This document shows, piece after piece, positions 55,544-64,000 of a stretch of 64,000 nt of DNA. Source of the stretch: the human T2T-CHM13v2.0 reference genome, Homo sapiens. Each line of letters opens with the position of its first letter. Within the stretch, counting starts at the first letter, position 1. The stretch lies in assembly GCF_009914755.1 (NCBI RefSeq), contig NC_060945.1; one strand, 5' to 3'. The position numbers were made by a program, and so were the translations under genes. The notes under the pieces were generated by a model that was not told the DNA's origin, did no database searches, and saw only the letters and a list, made by a program, of their open reading frames with translations.

Positions 55544-56361
55544 TTTCTTTTTCTCTCTTCCCCTCTTTCTTTCCTGCCTTCCTGCCTTTCTTCTTTTCTT
55601 CTTTCCTCCCTTCCTCCCTTCCTTCTTTCCTCCCGCCTCAGCCTCCCAAAGTGCTGGGATGACTGGCGGGAGGCACCATGCCTGCTTGGCCCAAAGAGAC
55701 CCTCTTGGAAAGTGAGACGCAGAGAGCGCCTTCCAGTGATCTCATTGACTGATTTAGAGACGGCATCTCGCTCCGTCACCCCGGCAGTGGTGCCGTCGTA
55801 ACTCACTCCCTGCAGCGTGGACGCTCCTGGACTCGAGCGATCCTTCCACCTCAGCCTCCAGAGTACAGAGCCTGGGACCGCGGGCACGCGCCACTGTGCC
55901 CACACCGTTTTTAATTGTTTTTTTTTCCCCCGAGACAGAGTTTCACTCTCGTGGCCTAGACTGCAGTGCGGTGGCGCGATCTTGGCTCACCGCAACCTCT
56001 GCCTCCCGGTTTCAAGCGATTCTCCTGCATCGGCCTCCTGAGTAGCCGGGATTGCGGGCATGCGCTGCCACGTCTGGCTGATTTCGTATTTTTAGTGGAG
56101 ACGGGGCTTCTCCATGTCGATCGGGCTGGTTTCGAACTCCCGACCTCAGGTGATCCGCCCTCCCCGGCCTCCGGAAGTGCTGGGATGACAGGCGTGAGCC
56201 ACCGCGCCCGGCCTTCATTTTTAAATGTTTTCCCACAGACGGGGTCTCATCATTTCTTTGCAACCCTCCTGCCCGGCGTCTCAAAGTGCTGGCGTGACGG
56301 GCGTGAGCCACTGCGCCTGGACTCCGGGGAATGACTCACGACCACCATCGCTCTACTGATC

Positions 56362-56416
<55 letters not shown>

Positions 56417-56887
56417 GATGAATTATCTTATGATTTATTTGTGTACTTATTTTCAGACGGAGTCTCGCTCTGGGCGGGGCGAGGCGAGGCGAGGCACAGC
56501 GCATCGCTTTGGAAGCCGCGGCAACGCCTTTCAAAGCCCCATTCGTATGCACAGAGCCTTATTCCCTTCCTGGAGTTGGAGCTGATGCCTTCCGTAGCCT
56601 TGGGCTTCTCTCCATTCGGAAGCTTTGACAGGCGCAACCCCACCCAGAGGCTGGCTGCGGCTGAGGATTAGGGGGTGTGTTGGGGCTGAAAACTGGGTCC
56701 CCTATTTTTGATACCTCAGCCGACACATCCCCCGACCGCCATCGCTTGCTCGCCCTCTGAGATCCCCCGCCTCCACCGCCTTGCAGGCTCACCTCTTACT
56801 TTCATTTCTTCCTTTCTTGCGTTTGAGGAGGGGGTGCGGGAATGAGGGTGTGTGTGGGGAGGGGGTGCGGGGTGGGGACGGAGGGGA

Positions 56888-64000
<7,113 letters not shown>

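Overview
Human (hominid) 45S ribosomal DNA tandem array, + strand, about 1.43 repeat units with a period of exactly 44,787 bp. Order: 3' part of 28S (1-4528), 3'ETS and Pol I terminator (11 Sal boxes, 3 R-repeats), ~31 kb intergenic spacer (IGS) with many Alus, two ~4.45 kb long repeats (LR1/LR2) carrying CT-rich blocks, a CDC27 processed pseudogene, the RGC p53 site, spacer-promoter region and 45S promoter (TSS 36335), then a complete 5'ETS-18S-ITS1-5.8S-ITS2-28S-3'ETS unit and the start of the next IGS (apparently identical to the first). No credible protein-coding gene: the ORF track reflects GC-rich rRNA, simple repeats, Alus and the pseudogene. The locus is well known and I cannot claim a new system with certainty. 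The observations most worth following up are (i) a dispersed, diverged ~200 bp IGS module whose conserved cores look like CTCF + RFX sites, (ii) the same TAAT-destroying substitution in nearly all Alu left arms of different subfamilies, (iii) the CDC27 retrocopy appearing to be ~3.8 kb, TSD-flanked and derived from an intron-read-through/intronic-poly(A) transcript, and (iv) cryptic higher-order structure in the CT blocks resembling branch-point + polypyrimidine arrays nearly lacking AG.
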